In this document: in pieces, positions 50,244 through 51,806 of the stretch
How the letters are laid out: every line of letters begins with the position of its first letter
How positions within the stretch are numbered: the stretch's first letter is position 1
Assembly: GCA_903908825.1 (NCBI GenBank)
Contig: CAIVTJ010000045.1
Span: 1-51,806, forward strand
Direction of reading: 5' to 3'
DNA: 51,806 nucleotides
Source: an uncultured Pseudomonadota bacterium
GTDB lineage: Bacteria > Pseudomonadota > Gammaproteobacteria > Steroidobacterales > Steroidobacteraceae
Translations under genes and position numbers: made by a program
The notes under the pieces: generated by a model
Told to the model about the DNA's origin: nothing
Database searches by the model: none
What the model saw: the letters and a program-made list of their open reading frames with translations, nothing else

Positions 50244-51806
50244 CTAGCGGTGCTGGGCCGTGCGGGTTTGAGTTGTTGTGTCGGCAGGCAGACGGTCAGT
50301 CAGGAAGGCTGGGCTGTTAACGATACCTGTGATCAACGCAGAAAGCCGCCATTGCTGCGGCTGAGCGTTGCGCACGATCGCGCGCAGCGTGGGCATGTCG
50401 GAATATTGCACCGGCCGGGCCAGCGCGAAAGTCATCAGGTTCTCGGTAAACGTGCCCACAAATTGCGGTGCACGCGCCACCAAGGCCGAGCGCAAATCGT
50501 CCGGGCCAGACAGCGGCGTACCATCGACCAGCTTGCCGCTGGCATCGATGGGGGCACCGGCGTCAATGTCTTTATCGCGCCACTGACCCACGGCGTTGAA
50601 GTTCTCCAGCGCAAGGCCCAGTGGATCGATGACGCCATGGCAGGCATTGCAGGACTTCATCTGCCGATGTTGCTCGAGGCGGGTGCGCACGGTGAATTGC
50701 TCTGCGCCCTCCTGGCTCTCCGGGAAGGCCTCGACCGAAGGCGGCGGTGCGGCCGGCGGCGTCCCCAGAAACTTGTCGAGTACATAGGCGCCGCGTAACA
50801 CCGGGGTGGTGCGATTGGCATAGGACGTGGCCATCAAAAAAGCGCCCTTACCCAGCAGACCACGACGCCAGGACTGCTGAAGCTCAACGCGCCGGAACTG
50901 TCCGCCACGCACATCATGTAAACCATAGTGCAAGGCCAGACGCTCATTGAGGTAGGTGTGTCGTGCAGTCAGCAAGTCGAGGATGCTGCTGTCGGACTCA
51001 AACACACTGCCTATGAACAGCTCGAGCTCCTCGCGGAAGGCCGGCACCAGATCCTCGGTGTAATCCGGAAACAGATTGGGATCGGGATTAACCAAGTCCA
51101 AGCCAGGCACGTTCAGCCATTGGAAAGCGAAGTTGGTGACCAGGCTGTGCGCACGCGGGTCGGCCAGCATCCGCTGCACCTGTGCGGCGCGCACTGCAGG
51201 GTCTTGCAAGCGTCCCTGTTCCGCTAGCGCGATCAAGGTCTCGTCAGGCGGCGCTGACCACAGGAAGAACGACAGACGCGAAGCCAGATCGATATCGCGC
51301 AGCGCAAACACCTGGCCGGGTGTGGTGCCGGCTGGCGGCACATGCGCGCGATAGAGAAAGCGCGGGCTGGCGAGGATGGCCAGCAGTCCCTTTTGAATGC
51401 CGGTATCAAAGTCAGCACCGCGCCGGCCCTGATCATAGAAGGCGACGATGCTCTGCAATTCGTCGTCACTGACCGGACGCCGGAACGCCTGACGGGCCAA
51501 TCGCGCCAGAATTTGCCGCGCACAGACAGGCTCTTCGGCTACGGCCGACGGATAGCAGCTGAACACCTTTTGACGACTGACCGTCTGGCTGAGGGCACTG
51601 CGGTTGACCGGCCCTTTGACCTCGACGTTGGTGATGCGCGGACCGCCCGAATTGCCGTTGACCATCTGCCCCATGCCTTCGACGGGTACAAAGCCGTGCA
51701 ACAGTTCGTTGGATACGGCCGCCGTCTTCTGGCGGAAGGTGACGCCGATGCGATGCGTACCGGCAGGCGCATGAAAGCGGATGTTGCGGAAGCGATCATT
51801 AATGGC
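50244..51806 (-). CDS. DUF1592/DUF1588/DUF1585-type (PSD) haem c protein, 3' part (runs off the window end)
   Basis: Motifs AFRRP, SPRFLYR, LASRLSFFLWS..PD, RTTPVLRG, haem motif CNACH..IDPLG.ALENF and FALAR. The frame is open from 51701 to the window edge. Confidence 0.9.
   Translation of the reverse strand, partial: AINDRFRNIRFHAPAGTHRIGVTFRQKTAAVSNELLHGFVPVEGMGQMVNGNSGGPRITNVEVKGPVNRSALSQTVSRQKVFSCYPSAVAEEPVCARQILARLARQAFRRPVSDDELQSIVAFYDQGRRGADFDTGIQKGLLAILASPRFLYRAHVPPAGTTPGQVFALRDIDLASRLSFFLWSAPPDETLIALAEQGRLQDPAVRAAQVQRMLADPRAHSLVTNFAFQWLNVPGLDLVNPDPNLFPDYTEDLVPAFREELELFIGSVFESDSSILDLLTARHTYLNERLALHYGLHDVRGGQFRRVELQQSWRRGLLGKGAFLMATSYANRTTPVLRGAYVLDKFLGTPPAAPPPSVEAFPESQEGAEQFTVRTRLEQHRQMKSCNACHGVIDPLGLALENFNAVGQWRDKDIDAGAPIDASGKLVDGTPLSGPDDLRSALVARAPQFVGTFTENLMTFALARPVQYSDMPTLRAIVRNAQPQQWRLSALITGIVNSPAFLTDRLPADTTTQTRTAQHR

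Overview
GC-rich gammaproteobacterial chromosome segment; gene content and order suggest a Steroidobacteraceae/Nevskiales-like organism (inference). Bases 1-32000 are housekeeping genes: cmk (partial)-aroA-hisC-pheA-gyrA, ubiG-gph/mupP-yciK, rluB-like-scpB-scpA-trpS-yciO, yciB-bolA-PPIase, a stand-alone Fis-type HTH, ligA-zipA-smc, queF, dksA-gluQ, pnp-rpsO and truB-rbfA-infB-nusA-rimP. Bases 32200-51806 encode almost only exported proteins. These are a Met/His-rich outer-membrane protein, three DUF6152-like proteins (HHS N-terminus) interleaved with three paralogues of an unnamed two-Cys secreted family, a tightly coupled operon (TonB receptor, lignostilbene/carotenoid-type dioxygenase, Tat micro-protein, triple-SnoaL/esterase fusion), an atypical PQQ quinohemoprotein, a VOC protein and a DUF1592-DUF1552-ankyrin module. 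The best leads are (i) the DUF6152/partner system, (ii) a signal-less dioxygenase that seems to lack an active-site loop, next to a Tat micro-protein that could export and complete it, and (iii) an RluB orthologue with all catalytic motifs eroded and an apparent CTG start. I saw no tRNA, rRNA, CRISPR array or mobile element. All family assignments come from motif recognition by eye; no searches were run.
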